From Archangiaceae bacterium (GTDB lineage Bacteria > Myxococcota > Myxococcia > Myxococcales > Myxococcaceae), in the NCBI GenBank assembly GCA_043750125.1, contig JAYVCD010000001.1, forward strand, positions 1 to 22,700: a stretch of DNA of 22,700 bases, read 5' to 3'. Below the pieces are notes generated by a model, which searched no databases, was not told the DNA's origin, and saw only the letters and a list, made by a program, of their open reading frames with translations. The position numbers were made by a program, and so were the translations under genes. Positions 8,610 to 16,312 of the stretch are shown one piece after another (within the stretch, counting starts at the first letter, position 1; every line of letters begins with the position of its first letter).

Positions 8610-10831
8610 CGAAAAATCCAGGAATAGCCAAGGTAGAGCGAGACGGCGATGTGCGCGGTGATCATCACCACCAGCAGCACCGCCAGCACGACGTGGAACA
8701 CCCGCCACACCGACAACATCCGGCGAATGCTGGCGTAGAAGGTCACCTGCGTTTGCAGCTTGCGAAGCTCTGCGAACGAGTGGCGAAACTCGCGGTAGTG
8801 CGCTCCGGTGGGGAACTCACCTGCGACCGCCCCCAGTGCCACCTGGTCCCGGGCTCCAAGGATCGGGCGGTTGATGAGGAAGCTCAGCAGCGAGCCCGAC
8901 TTCGAGGCAGCGTCGGCACGCGCCAGAACGGCCTTCACCTTTCGAATGTCGGTCACCTCGGTGACCGAATCGAGTCGCGCGCTCATTCGGGCTTTTACTT
9001 TTTCCAGGCGGGTCGTCACTTCGCCCAGACTCTGGGTTTTCCCCTCGGTCGACGGGACCAGCTTGAGGATGAAGCGGCCGACGACTCCTGTCGCCACCAC
9101 GATGGCCAGGGACACGCTGGTCGACGTGGCGAGGACGTTGTTCGAGCGGAAGGTGGCGTGGAAGGCGATCACCAGCGGGCTCATGAACCCGACGAACTGG
9201 TGGAAGGTCAGCCAGCCTCGAATCGAGCCTTTGCCCTTCAGCACGCTCCATCGTTTGCGCAGCGCGTAGATGAAGTTCGACATCATGAACAGCGTGGCCA
9301 CGATGCCCACCCCGTGGCCCCACGGGCCCGAAGGCTTCAGCGCCGCGTGCGCCGCGCTCTTCACCCGCTCGGAGCCCGAGAGCGGATAGTAGGAGAGGCC
9401 CTTGAGCGTGAGCAGCGCGACGATCGCCGCCCCGAGGACGAACAAGCCGAGGGCAAAGCGACGTTGGGACCGTTCGACCTCGGCCAGTTTGGCGCTGCCG
9501 CGTTTGGCCTTCGTCGCGAGCGCCTCGCCGTGGAGCCGCCGCAGCGTGACTCCGCTGTTGGTCAAGAACTCGGTGGGCAGCTCGCCCCCCAGACAGGCGA
9601 TCACGAAGTCATTCGACATCTTTCCGACCCGGCCGCCGTACTCGAGCCGCACCCAGGCCGGGTTGACTTCTTTCACCGTCGACGGCATCAGCGCCCGAAT
9701 TCGCCCCGCGGTGACCAGCTCTTGAAACTTCTTTCGGTTTGCTTCGCGCCCGCGCCCGAACACCGCCTGCCGGTAGCTGAGCGTGACCTTCGCTTCGGTC
9801 TCTTCGGCAATTTGAATCGCCGCTTCGAGCGCCGAATCACTGCCTCCGACGACCAACACCTTCGAGCCCTCGTACTGCTCGGCGTCGATCAACCGGTAGG
9901 TGACGTTGGGAAGATCTTCGCCCGGCACTCCCAGCTTGCGAGGGGTGCCGCGCCGGCCGATGGCGAGCACGACTTTCCGCGCGCTGACGATGCCCTTGCT
10001 GGTGGCGATCAGAAAAGCCCCGTCCCCGCCCGAGACGCCGGTGACCCGAACGCCCTCTTCGACTTTCAGGTTGCCCTTCGCAATCGCATGCTTCCACCCG
10101 GCCAGCAGCTGCTCTTTCGAGATCAACGCTCCGCCGAACTTGCCGACGAAGGGCAGCTCGACCCGCTCGCTCATCACGATTTTCTGGCGCGGGTAGTGGG
10201 CGATGGTGCCGCCGATGGAATCCTGCTCGAGCATCCGGAACGTCAGGCCTTCTTTCCGCAACCCCAACGCGGTGGCCAGGCCGGCGGGCCCGGCGCCGAC
10301 GATGGCCACGTCGACCTGGTCTTTGAGCTTCCGCGAGGGCGGCATCGTCAGCTTGAGGTGGGTCGCGACCTGCAAGCCCTGGGTGATCGCATTTTTGATC
10401 AACCCCATTCCGCCCAGCTCGCCGACGATGTGGAGCCCGGGCCGATTGGTCTGGAAGAACTCGTCGACTTCCGGAAGATCGATGCCCCGCTCGCTGGTGC
10501 CGAACACCAGGCTGATCGCGTCTACCGGACATTCGTTGGCGCATTTCCCGTGACCAATGCAGGCCGCAGCGTCGATCAGCGCGGCCTTGCCATCGATCAC
10601 GCCCAGAATGTCGCCTTCCGGGCAGACCTTCAGACACGAGAGGCTGCCCATGCAGGTGTCGAGGTTGACCACCGGGTGCAGGGTGGCTGGCTGGTTGCGA
10701 CCTTCGGCCCTCGACAGGGCGAGCGTCTGCGCGTCGCTGGCCTCACGTTGCGATCGCGCGCGCGACAGCCACAGCATCGCGAGAATCCCCACGCCAAAAA
10801 GTGCGGACAACGCGATGACTTCGACGTTCAT
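8606..10831 (-). CDS. Membrane-bound Fe-S / FAD-NAD(P)H oxidoreductase (TrxR/FNR-like fold) fused to a C-terminal di-heme cytochrome b-like domain, 741 aa
   Basis: Start reassigned to ATG 10831 (MNVEVIALSALFGVGILAMLWL, a TM anchor). Ferredoxin-like motifs CMGSLSCLKVCP and CIGHGKCANECP. FAD motif VAIVGAGPAG. NAD(P) motif VLVVGGSDSA followed by SYR. About five C-terminal TM helices with two His pairs, each 14 residues apart. Confidence 0.88.
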   Translation of the reverse strand: MNVEVIALSALFGVGILAMLWLSRARSQREASDAQTLALSRAEGRNQPATLHPVVNLDTCMGSLSCLKVCPEGDILGVIDGKAALIDAAACIGHGKCANECPVDAISLVFGTSERGIDLPEVDEFFQTNRPGLHIVGELGGMGLIKNAITQGLQVATHLKLTMPPSRKLKDQVDVAIVGAGPAGLATALGLRKEGLTFRMLEQDSIGGTIAHYPRQKIVMSERVELPFVGKFGGALISKEQLLAGWKHAIAKGNLKVEEGVRVTGVSGGDGAFLIATSKGIVSARKVVLAIGRRGTPRKLGVPGEDLPNVTYRLIDAEQYEGSKVLVVGGSDSALEAAIQIAEETEAKVTLSYRQAVFGRGREANRKKFQELVTAGRIRALMPSTVKEVNPAWVRLEYGGRVGKMSNDFVIACLGGELPTEFLTNSGVTLRRLHGEALATKAKRGSAKLAEVERSQRRFALGLFVLGAAIVALLTLKGLSYYPLSGSERVKSAAHAALKPSGPWGHGVGIVATLFMMSNFIYALRKRWSVLKGKGSIRGWLTFHQFVGFMSPLVIAFHATFRSNNVLATSTSVSLAIVVATGVVGRFILKLVPSTEGKTQSLGEVTTRLEKVKARMSARLDSVTEVTDIRKVKAVLARADAASKSGSLLSFLINRPILGARDQVALGAVAGEFPTGAHYREFRHSFAELRKLQTQVTFYASIRRMLSVWRVFHVVLAVLLVVMITAHIAVSLYLGYSWIFR

Positions 10832-10866
10832 TCGTGGACGGTCCGACGATTCGTGATGAGGCCCTT

Positions 10867-10940
10867 GAACTGGGGTCGAACAGGGGGTGGCGAACCATGC
10901 ACGAAAGATCCAGAAAACGCCGCCCAAAAACTGGGGGTGG
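10867..10940. promoter_or_regulatory. Repeated motif AACWGGGG(G)T upstream of the cytochrome operon
   Basis: GAACTGGGGTC (10867-10877) and GAACAGGGGGT (10878-10888) are in tandem. AACTGGGGGTGG (10929-10940) matches AACAGGGGGTGG (10879-10890) at 11 of 12 positions. Confidence 0.3.
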
Positions 10941-10970
10941 GATTCCGAAAAAACCGCCCTTCGTCCTGAC

Positions 10971-11303
10971 TCAGAGTGTGTGGGGCCTGCGGCTACAGCG
11001 CTTCTTCGCCAGCAGCAGCAGGGCAACGAGGCCGAACGGAACTTCTACCGCGGAACCCCACAGCCCAGGCCGAGATGAATTTGAGGGCGCCCTGCGTCCC
11101 CTCTTCTGAATCGGCCCTCCGTCAGACGCGCCGTTGGGCTGCCCGCGAAAGTGGGCCTGCAGGGCACGAAACTGCAGCTCCCCGCGGCGCTCGGCCAGGT
11201 AGACGAACGCGATGAATTCGGTCAGCGGCATCTGCGCAAAGAGGTTCTGCCGGACGGCTGGGGCGCAAGCGCGTCGACGCCCCCCGGCGGCCTCGCGTTT
11301 CCC
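10971..11303 (-). pseudogene. Probable gene remnant, possibly a ferritin-like-domain protein fragment
   Basis: Open frame between stops, containing the protein-like stretch AVRQNLFAQMPLTEFIAFVYLAERRGELQFRALQAHFRG with a GC-rich third position. Protein-like sequence continues upstream of the only ATG and degenerates downstream. The family resemblance is from memory only. Confidence 0.35.
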
Positions 11304-11352
11304 TTATCGGTACGTTGTTGTTCGTCTCACACGAACCCCGGCCTCGGGCGGC

Positions 11353-12666
11353 TCAGTGCTTCTTTTTCAGCGCCCGGGTGTCGGCCACAGTCTGGTCGGC
11401 ATATTCGGCGGCGAACCGTTGGAGCCGCTGGGTGGCCTCGAGGTCGGAAGAGGGTTCGCCCAGCCACTGCTTGACCTGCGGCTGGGTCACGGCCGGATCC
11501 TGCAGCTGGCTCTGGGCCAGGGCCCGGCCCGCACTGAACGCCACCTGCTCGAAGTCCTTCTTGCTGAACCGGCTGGGGTCCACCGTGTCGTTGTTGGCTT
11601 CCATCGGCTCGACCAGGCAGCTGACCGCGTTCACCGCCGCATAGCCGAGCAGCGGATTTCGGTACCCTTCGAGCAGCGCAGCCCGTTCGACCACCTTCGA
11701 AGCGTCGGACTGGGCGAGGCTGCCGGTGCCGATCTCGGAGGGCGAAGGCAGGACCTGCTTGAACTTCAGCGCCACCGGAGGATCTTCGGGTTTCGCTGGA
11801 GCCAGCAGGGCCAGGTACTTCTTCAGCCCTGCGTTGCTGCCGCCCGCGCCCGGGTGATCGACGCCCACCGCCAGCACCTGAACCGGCTTTGCGACCGGAG
11901 CGTCGGCCGGCAGCCGACTGGCGTAGTCCTGGACCGCGGCTTTGATCGCCTCGGCTTCCTCGGCGGTCGGCTTCTTCTTGTGGTGGAAGGCATTGTGGGG
12001 AGCCAGCTCTTCGATGAAGGCCTTTTGCGACTGGCTGCTCTTCTTCTTCACGAAGTCGGCGAGCGCTCCTTCGAGCTGGTCTGCCTTCAGGAATCCGGGC
12101 GGTCGCTTTCCGCTGCTCGCGAAAGCACGCATCTGTTCGAAGTAACCCTTCGCGAGAGCGGCGATCAGAGGGGTGGGGTCCACCGGGGACGAGTGTCGCC
12201 CCGCCACGACAGCGGTGTGAGCCGCCAATCTTGCCAGGTCCCAGTCCAGCGGGCCGGTGCCGGACTTGTCGCAGTCTCCCCACCCCCACACCGTCTGCCC
12301 GTTGGGGCCGGTATGCGTCATCAGGTTTCCGTAGTGCGCGTCGCCCACGAGCAGGCCCCGAGGCGCAGCCGTCGGCCGCGTCTGGACGGAGGCGGCGTAC
12401 GGGCCGCGCACGTCTCGATAGAAGTTGGCGGGCATCGCGGTGAAGAAGTGCGCCGGATTGGAGGCCATGTGCTCGAGCTTCAGCTGCGCGTCGGCGGCGG
12501 TCAGTCCGAGCTGCTGGTTGAATTCGTGGACGAACTCGACCGCGGCCTCGGTCGGTCGTTTTACCGACGCCTCGGCCGGTCGCGCGCTCGCCCCCCGTGG
12601 CGCACCGCAGAGCAGCCCAACACTCACCAGCGTCAGCACATTTCGAACCATCGTCGAGGGGGCCAT
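11353..12666 (-). CDS. DUF2252-family (protein-kinase-like fold) protein with an apparent signal peptide
   Basis: Family-like motifs KLEHMASNPAHFF, LLVGDAHYGNL, GDCDKSGTGPLDWDLARLA, GGSNAGLKKYLALL and LKFKQVLPS. N-terminal MVRNVLTLVSVGLLCGAPRGASA. An alternative start is ATG 12651. Confidence 0.8.
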   Translation of the reverse strand: MAPSTMVRNVLTLVSVGLLCGAPRGASARPAEASVKRPTEAAVEFVHEFNQQLGLTAADAQLKLEHMASNPAHFFTAMPANFYRDVRGPYAASVQTRPTAAPRGLLVGDAHYGNLMTHTGPNGQTVWGWGDCDKSGTGPLDWDLARLAAHTAVVAGRHSSPVDPTPLIAALAKGYFEQMRAFASSGKRPPGFLKADQLEGALADFVKKKSSQSQKAFIEELAPHNAFHHKKKPTAEEAEAIKAAVQDYASRLPADAPVAKPVQVLAVGVDHPGAGGSNAGLKKYLALLAPAKPEDPPVALKFKQVLPSPSEIGTGSLAQSDASKVVERAALLEGYRNPLLGYAAVNAVSCLVEPMEANNDTVDPSRFSKKDFEQVAFSAGRALAQSQLQDPAVTQPQVKQWLGEPSSDLEATQRLQRFAAEYADQTVADTRALKKKH

Positions 12667-12777
12667 GTGCGGTTTCTATTGCACACAGTTGCCGCAGAAT
12701 GCTTTGCAAAGTGGGTGCGCTGTGCAACGAGTCGCAGATCATTTTTTGCGCCTGGGCCCGGGCGCTGAGAGCCAGAC

Positions 12778-15700
12778 GTGAGCCCGAAAGAAGACCTGCG
12801 CTTGACCCAGACTCATTCGCCCGCGGATCCGATGGACTGCCTGGCCGGCGGCGGCGAGATGGGCGAAATGATGCGCCAGACGGACTGGTCGCGCACGCCC
12901 GTGGGCCCGGTGTCCGGCTGGTCCCAACCGTTCCGCACGATGGTCGGGTTGGTGCTTCGCAACCGCTTCCCGCTCAGCCTCTGGTGGGGGCCGGAATTGG
13001 TTCAATTCTACAACGACCCCTTCGTCCCCACTCTGGGTGCCAAACACCCGACCGCCAGCGGCCAGTCTGGCAGGGAATGCTGGGCTGAGATCTGGCACAT
13101 CATCGGCCCGATGATCGAAGGCCCGTTCGCCGGCGGACCGGCCACCGGCAGTGAAGACCTCTCGCTTTTGATTCACCGCAGCGGCTTCTTCGAAGAGACC
13201 CACTTCCGGGTCGCCTACAGCCCGGTTCCTGACCAGACGGTGGCCGGAACCGGCATCGGAGGAGTCCTCGCGACCGTCTCTGAGACCACCCTTCAGGTCC
13301 AGGCCGAACGACAGCTGAAGACGTTGCGAGAGCTGGCGGTTCAAGCGCCCGGCGCTACCTCGGAACGGGGGGCTTGTGAAAACGCCGCGGCGGTCATGCT
13401 CGGCAACCCGGCCGACGTTCCCTTTTCGCTCTTCTATCTGCTCGGCGAAGGCCCCCAGGCGCGGCTGGCGGCCTCTTCGGGGTTTGGCGCAGACCCTGCG
13501 TCCGCGCGCCCAGCGACGATTGATTACGAAAGCCGCGACCCCTTGCCGCTGTGGCCGCTGGCGACCTGCGTGGCCCAGCGCAAAAGCGAAGAGGTCGAAA
13601 AGTTGGATTCGCGGTTCGGTTCGCTGCCCACCGGTTCCTGGGCAGAGCCTCCACGCTCGGCTCTGATTCTTCCTCTCGCTGCTCCCGACCAGAAACGTCC
13701 TTACGGGGTGATGATCGTGGGGCTCAGTCCCCACCGCCGGCTGGACGAGAGCTACCGCAGCTTTCTCGAGCTGGCCGCGGCGCAGGTGGTCACTGCAATC
13801 CGCAACGCCCGCGCGCACGAAGATGAGCGCAAACGGGCCGAGGCGCTGATTCAGCTCGACCACGCGAAGACTGCGTTCTTTTCCAACGTCAGCCACGAAT
13901 TTCGGACTCCGCTGGCGCTGATGATCGGCCCGATTGAAGACGCGCTGGCGGCTCCGAATCGCGTCCTCGGCGGTGAGTCGCTGGAAATGGCCCACCGAAA
14001 CGCGCTGCGACTGCTGAAGCTGGTCAACTCGTTGCTCGATTTCTCGAGGATGGAAGCGGGCCGGGTCGAGGCGTCCTTCCAGGCGACCGATCTCGCGCGA
14101 TTGACCATCGATCTCGCCAGCCAGTTCCGCGCGGCGATGGAAAAGGCCGGCTTGCGATTGGTCGTCGAGGCTCCGGCGCTGTCGGTGCCGGCTTTCGTCG
14201 ATCGCGAGATGTGGGAGAAAATCGTCCTCAACCTGCTGTCGAATGCGTTCAAGCACACCTTCGAAGGCGAAGTGTCGGTTCGACTTGCGACCGCGGGAAA
14301 GTTCATCGAGCTCACGGTGCGCGACACGGGAACTGGAATCCCCGAGGACGAGCTGCCGCGAATCTTCGAACGGTTCCATCGCGTTCGAGGATCGACTTCC
14401 CGCAGCCACGAGGGGACGGGCATCGGGCTGGCGTTGGTCAGAGACCTGGTCAAGCTGCACGGGGGCCGAATCGAGGCCCGCAGCCAGGTGGGCAAAGGCA
14501 CCTCTCTGACGGTTTCGATTCCCATCGGCTCAGCCCACCTGCCCGCAGACCGCATCGAAGCGGCCAAGGCGTTGACCTCGACCGCCGCCGGTGCGGCGGC
14601 GTACGTCGATGATGCGCTTTCCTGGCTTCCGTCCGATGACTCGTCCCGAGACGGGCTGGCGATCTCTTCGTCCGAAGGGGAGCCCGTTCCCGTCGCGGGT
14701 GAAGCGTCGGCCCGGCTGGTGTTGGCGGACGACAACGCGGACATGCGCGAGTACCTGCGGCGCCTGCTGTCTGCCCATTGGACAGTGGAAGCCGTGGGAG
14801 ACGGCCTTCAGGCCCTCGAGGCCATTCGCCGGCAGCGCCCGGACCTGTTGGTGGCCGACGTGATGATGCCCGGCCTCGATGGACTGGGGCTGACCCGCCA
14901 GCTGCGCACCGACCCGGCCGCCGGAGGCCTGCCGATCATCCTGCTCTCGGCACGAACGGGCGAAGAGGCCTCGTCTGAAGGTCTCGCCGCTGGAGCCAAC
15001 GATTACATCGTCAAGCCTTTCTCCGCTCGCGAGCTGATTGCGCGCGTCAGAGTCCAGCTGGAAATCGCACGCTCTCACCAACGCGTCCGCGCCGAAGAAA
15101 GCGCCCGCGTGGCCGAAGAGCAGCGCCGACAAATCGCCGAATCGTCCAATCGCGCCAAGGACGAGTTTCTCGCGGTCCTGAGCCACGAGCTTCGCAATCC
15201 GCTCGCGCCGATTTTGACCGCGCTGCAACTGATGAAGTTGCGAGGCGACCCAGGCTCGCCTCGGGAACGGGCGATCATCGAGCGGCAGGCGAAACACCTG
15301 GTCCGATTGGTGGACGACCTGCTCGACCTGTCACGCATCAGCAGCGGCAAGCTCCACCTCGAAAAGAAGTCGGTCGAAGTCTCGGCAGTCGTCGCTGCAG
15401 CGGTCGAGCTGGCCAGCCCGCTTCTCGAGCAGCGCCAACACCAACTGGTGCTCAAAGTGGGTTCAATCGGAATGCCGGTGGTGGCCGATGGGGTTCGGCT
15501 CGCCCAGGTCCTCTCGAACCTTCTGGGCAACGCGGCGAAGTTTACCAACCCGGGGGGGACCCTCACCCTCTCGGCCCAGCTCGAAGCCCAGAGCGTGGTC
15601 TTTCGGGTCAAAGATCCCGGAATCGGCATCGACCCTGCCCTGCTGCCTCGGGTATTCGACGCCTTTGCCCAGGCCGCTCAAGCGTCAGATCGAACGATGG

Positions 15701-16263
15701 GGGGGCTTGGCCTGGGGCTGACGATCGTGAAGAGCCTGGTCCTGCTCCATGGAGGCCAAGTCGAAGCGCACAGCGCGGGTCTTGGAAAGGGCTCGGAATT
15801 CGTGGTCCGGATCCCGATCTCGAGCGACGGCTTCGCGCCGACGGCCGGGCTGCCCCCGGGCGCGCCGGGTGGCCTTTCCGCCAAGGCTCCGGGCTTGCGG
15901 GTGCTGGTGGTCGACGACAACCAGGACGCCGCGATGCTGCTGGCCGAGGTGCTGGAATTCGAGGGGCACACGGTCGTGGTGGCCCATGACGGCCCGACCG
16001 CGCTGGTGGCTCGCAAGACGTTCGTGCCTGACGTGGCCGTGCTCGACATCGGGCTGCCCGGAATGGACGGGTATGAGCTCGCGCAACTGCTGCGGTCCCG
16101 CTACCCCGCGGACCCGCTGCGAATCATCGCCCTCTCTGGGTATGGCGCTGCGCGGGACCGGGCGCGCGCGAAGGAGGCAGGCTTTGACGAACATCTGGTC
16201 AAGCCGGTCGACATCCAACGGCTGTCCCGGTTGCTGCTTTCTGTTCCGGCGCTGAGCAGGTGA
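12778..16263 (+). CDS. Cytoplasmic hybrid sensor histidine kinase: PAS-like, GAF, HisKA/HATPase, REC, HisKA/HATPase, REC
   Basis: H-boxes SNVSHEFRTPL and VLSHELRNPL. N/G boxes NLLSNAFKHT, DTGTGI, GTGIGL and NLLGNAAKFT, DPGIGI, GLGLGL. Receivers LADDNAD..VADVMMPGLDG..KPF and VVDDNQD..LDIGLPGMDG..KPV. No TM segment. GTG start. Confidence 0.95.
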   Translation: MSPKEDLRLTQTHSPADPMDCLAGGGEMGEMMRQTDWSRTPVGPVSGWSQPFRTMVGLVLRNRFPLSLWWGPELVQFYNDPFVPTLGAKHPTASGQSGRECWAEIWHIIGPMIEGPFAGGPATGSEDLSLLIHRSGFFEETHFRVAYSPVPDQTVAGTGIGGVLATVSETTLQVQAERQLKTLRELAVQAPGATSERGACENAAAVMLGNPADVPFSLFYLLGEGPQARLAASSGFGADPASARPATIDYESRDPLPLWPLATCVAQRKSEEVEKLDSRFGSLPTGSWAEPPRSALILPLAAPDQKRPYGVMIVGLSPHRRLDESYRSFLELAAAQVVTAIRNARAHEDERKRAEALIQLDHAKTAFFSNVSHEFRTPLALMIGPIEDALAAPNRVLGGESLEMAHRNALRLLKLVNSLLDFSRMEAGRVEASFQATDLARLTIDLASQFRAAMEKAGLRLVVEAPALSVPAFVDREMWEKIVLNLLSNAFKHTFEGEVSVRLATAGKFIELTVRDTGTGIPEDELPRIFERFHRVRGSTSRSHEGTGIGLALVRDLVKLHGGRIEARSQVGKGTSLTVSIPIGSAHLPADRIEAAKALTSTAAGAAAYVDDALSWLPSDDSSRDGLAISSSEGEPVPVAGEASARLVLADDNADMREYLRRLLSAHWTVEAVGDGLQALEAIRRQRPDLLVADVMMPGLDGLGLTRQLRTDPAAGGLPIILLSARTGEEASSEGLAAGANDYIVKPFSARELIARVRVQLEIARSHQRVRAEESARVAEEQRRQIAESSNRAKDEFLAVLSHELRNPLAPILTALQLMKLRGDPGSPRERAIIERQAKHLVRLVDDLLDLSRISSGKLHLEKKSVEVSAVVAAAVELASPLLEQRQHQLVLKVGSIGMPVVADGVRLAQVLSNLLGNAAKFTNPGGTLTLSAQLEAQSVVFRVKDPGIGIDPALLPRVFDAFAQAAQASDRTMGGLGLGLTIVKSLVLLHGGQVEAHSAGLGKGSEFVVRIPISSDGFAPTAGLPPGAPGGLSAKAPGLRVLVVDDNQDAAMLLAEVLEFEGHTVVVAHDGPTALVARKTFVPDVAVLDIGLPGMDGYELAQLLRSRYPADPLRIIALSGYGAARDRARAKEAGFDEHLVKPVDIQRLSRLLLSVPALSR

Positions 16264-16292
16264 TCGGGCCTCTCGGGTGAAGCCTGGCGGAT

Positions 16293-16312
16293 GGTTAACT
16301 TCAGGGTTAACT
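16293..16312. promoter_or_regulatory. Dyad/direct repeat GGTTAACT-TCAG-GGTTAACT, candidate operator
   Basis: Two GGTTAACT copies with a 12-bp period, also readable as the inverted repeat GTTAAC-N6-GTTAAC. AT-rich in a high-GC background, directly before the SRPBCC-like remnant. Confidence 0.4.

Noticed and set aside
8606-10831. Calling the oxidoreductase trxB
   Set aside because: It has no redox-active CxxC, has a permuted motif order, and carries extra Fe-S and membrane domains.
5933-11026. ORF-track starts at 6133, 7182, 8708 and 11026 (also 18899 and 22620)
   Set aside because: The extensions overlap upstream genes or look non-coding. For most genes the downstream start gives a 4-bp overlap, signal peptide, TM anchor or RBS; for pepN it is simply the first ATG.
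11320-11348. Short hairpins after the DUF2252 stop as a terminator
   Set aside because: The stems are only 4-6 bp and there is no U-tract on the minus strand.
12667-12777. Sigma-54 promoter in the divergent region (also checked 18780-18800)
   Set aside because: The GGCA/TTGC-like elements do not have the required GG-N10-GC spacing.
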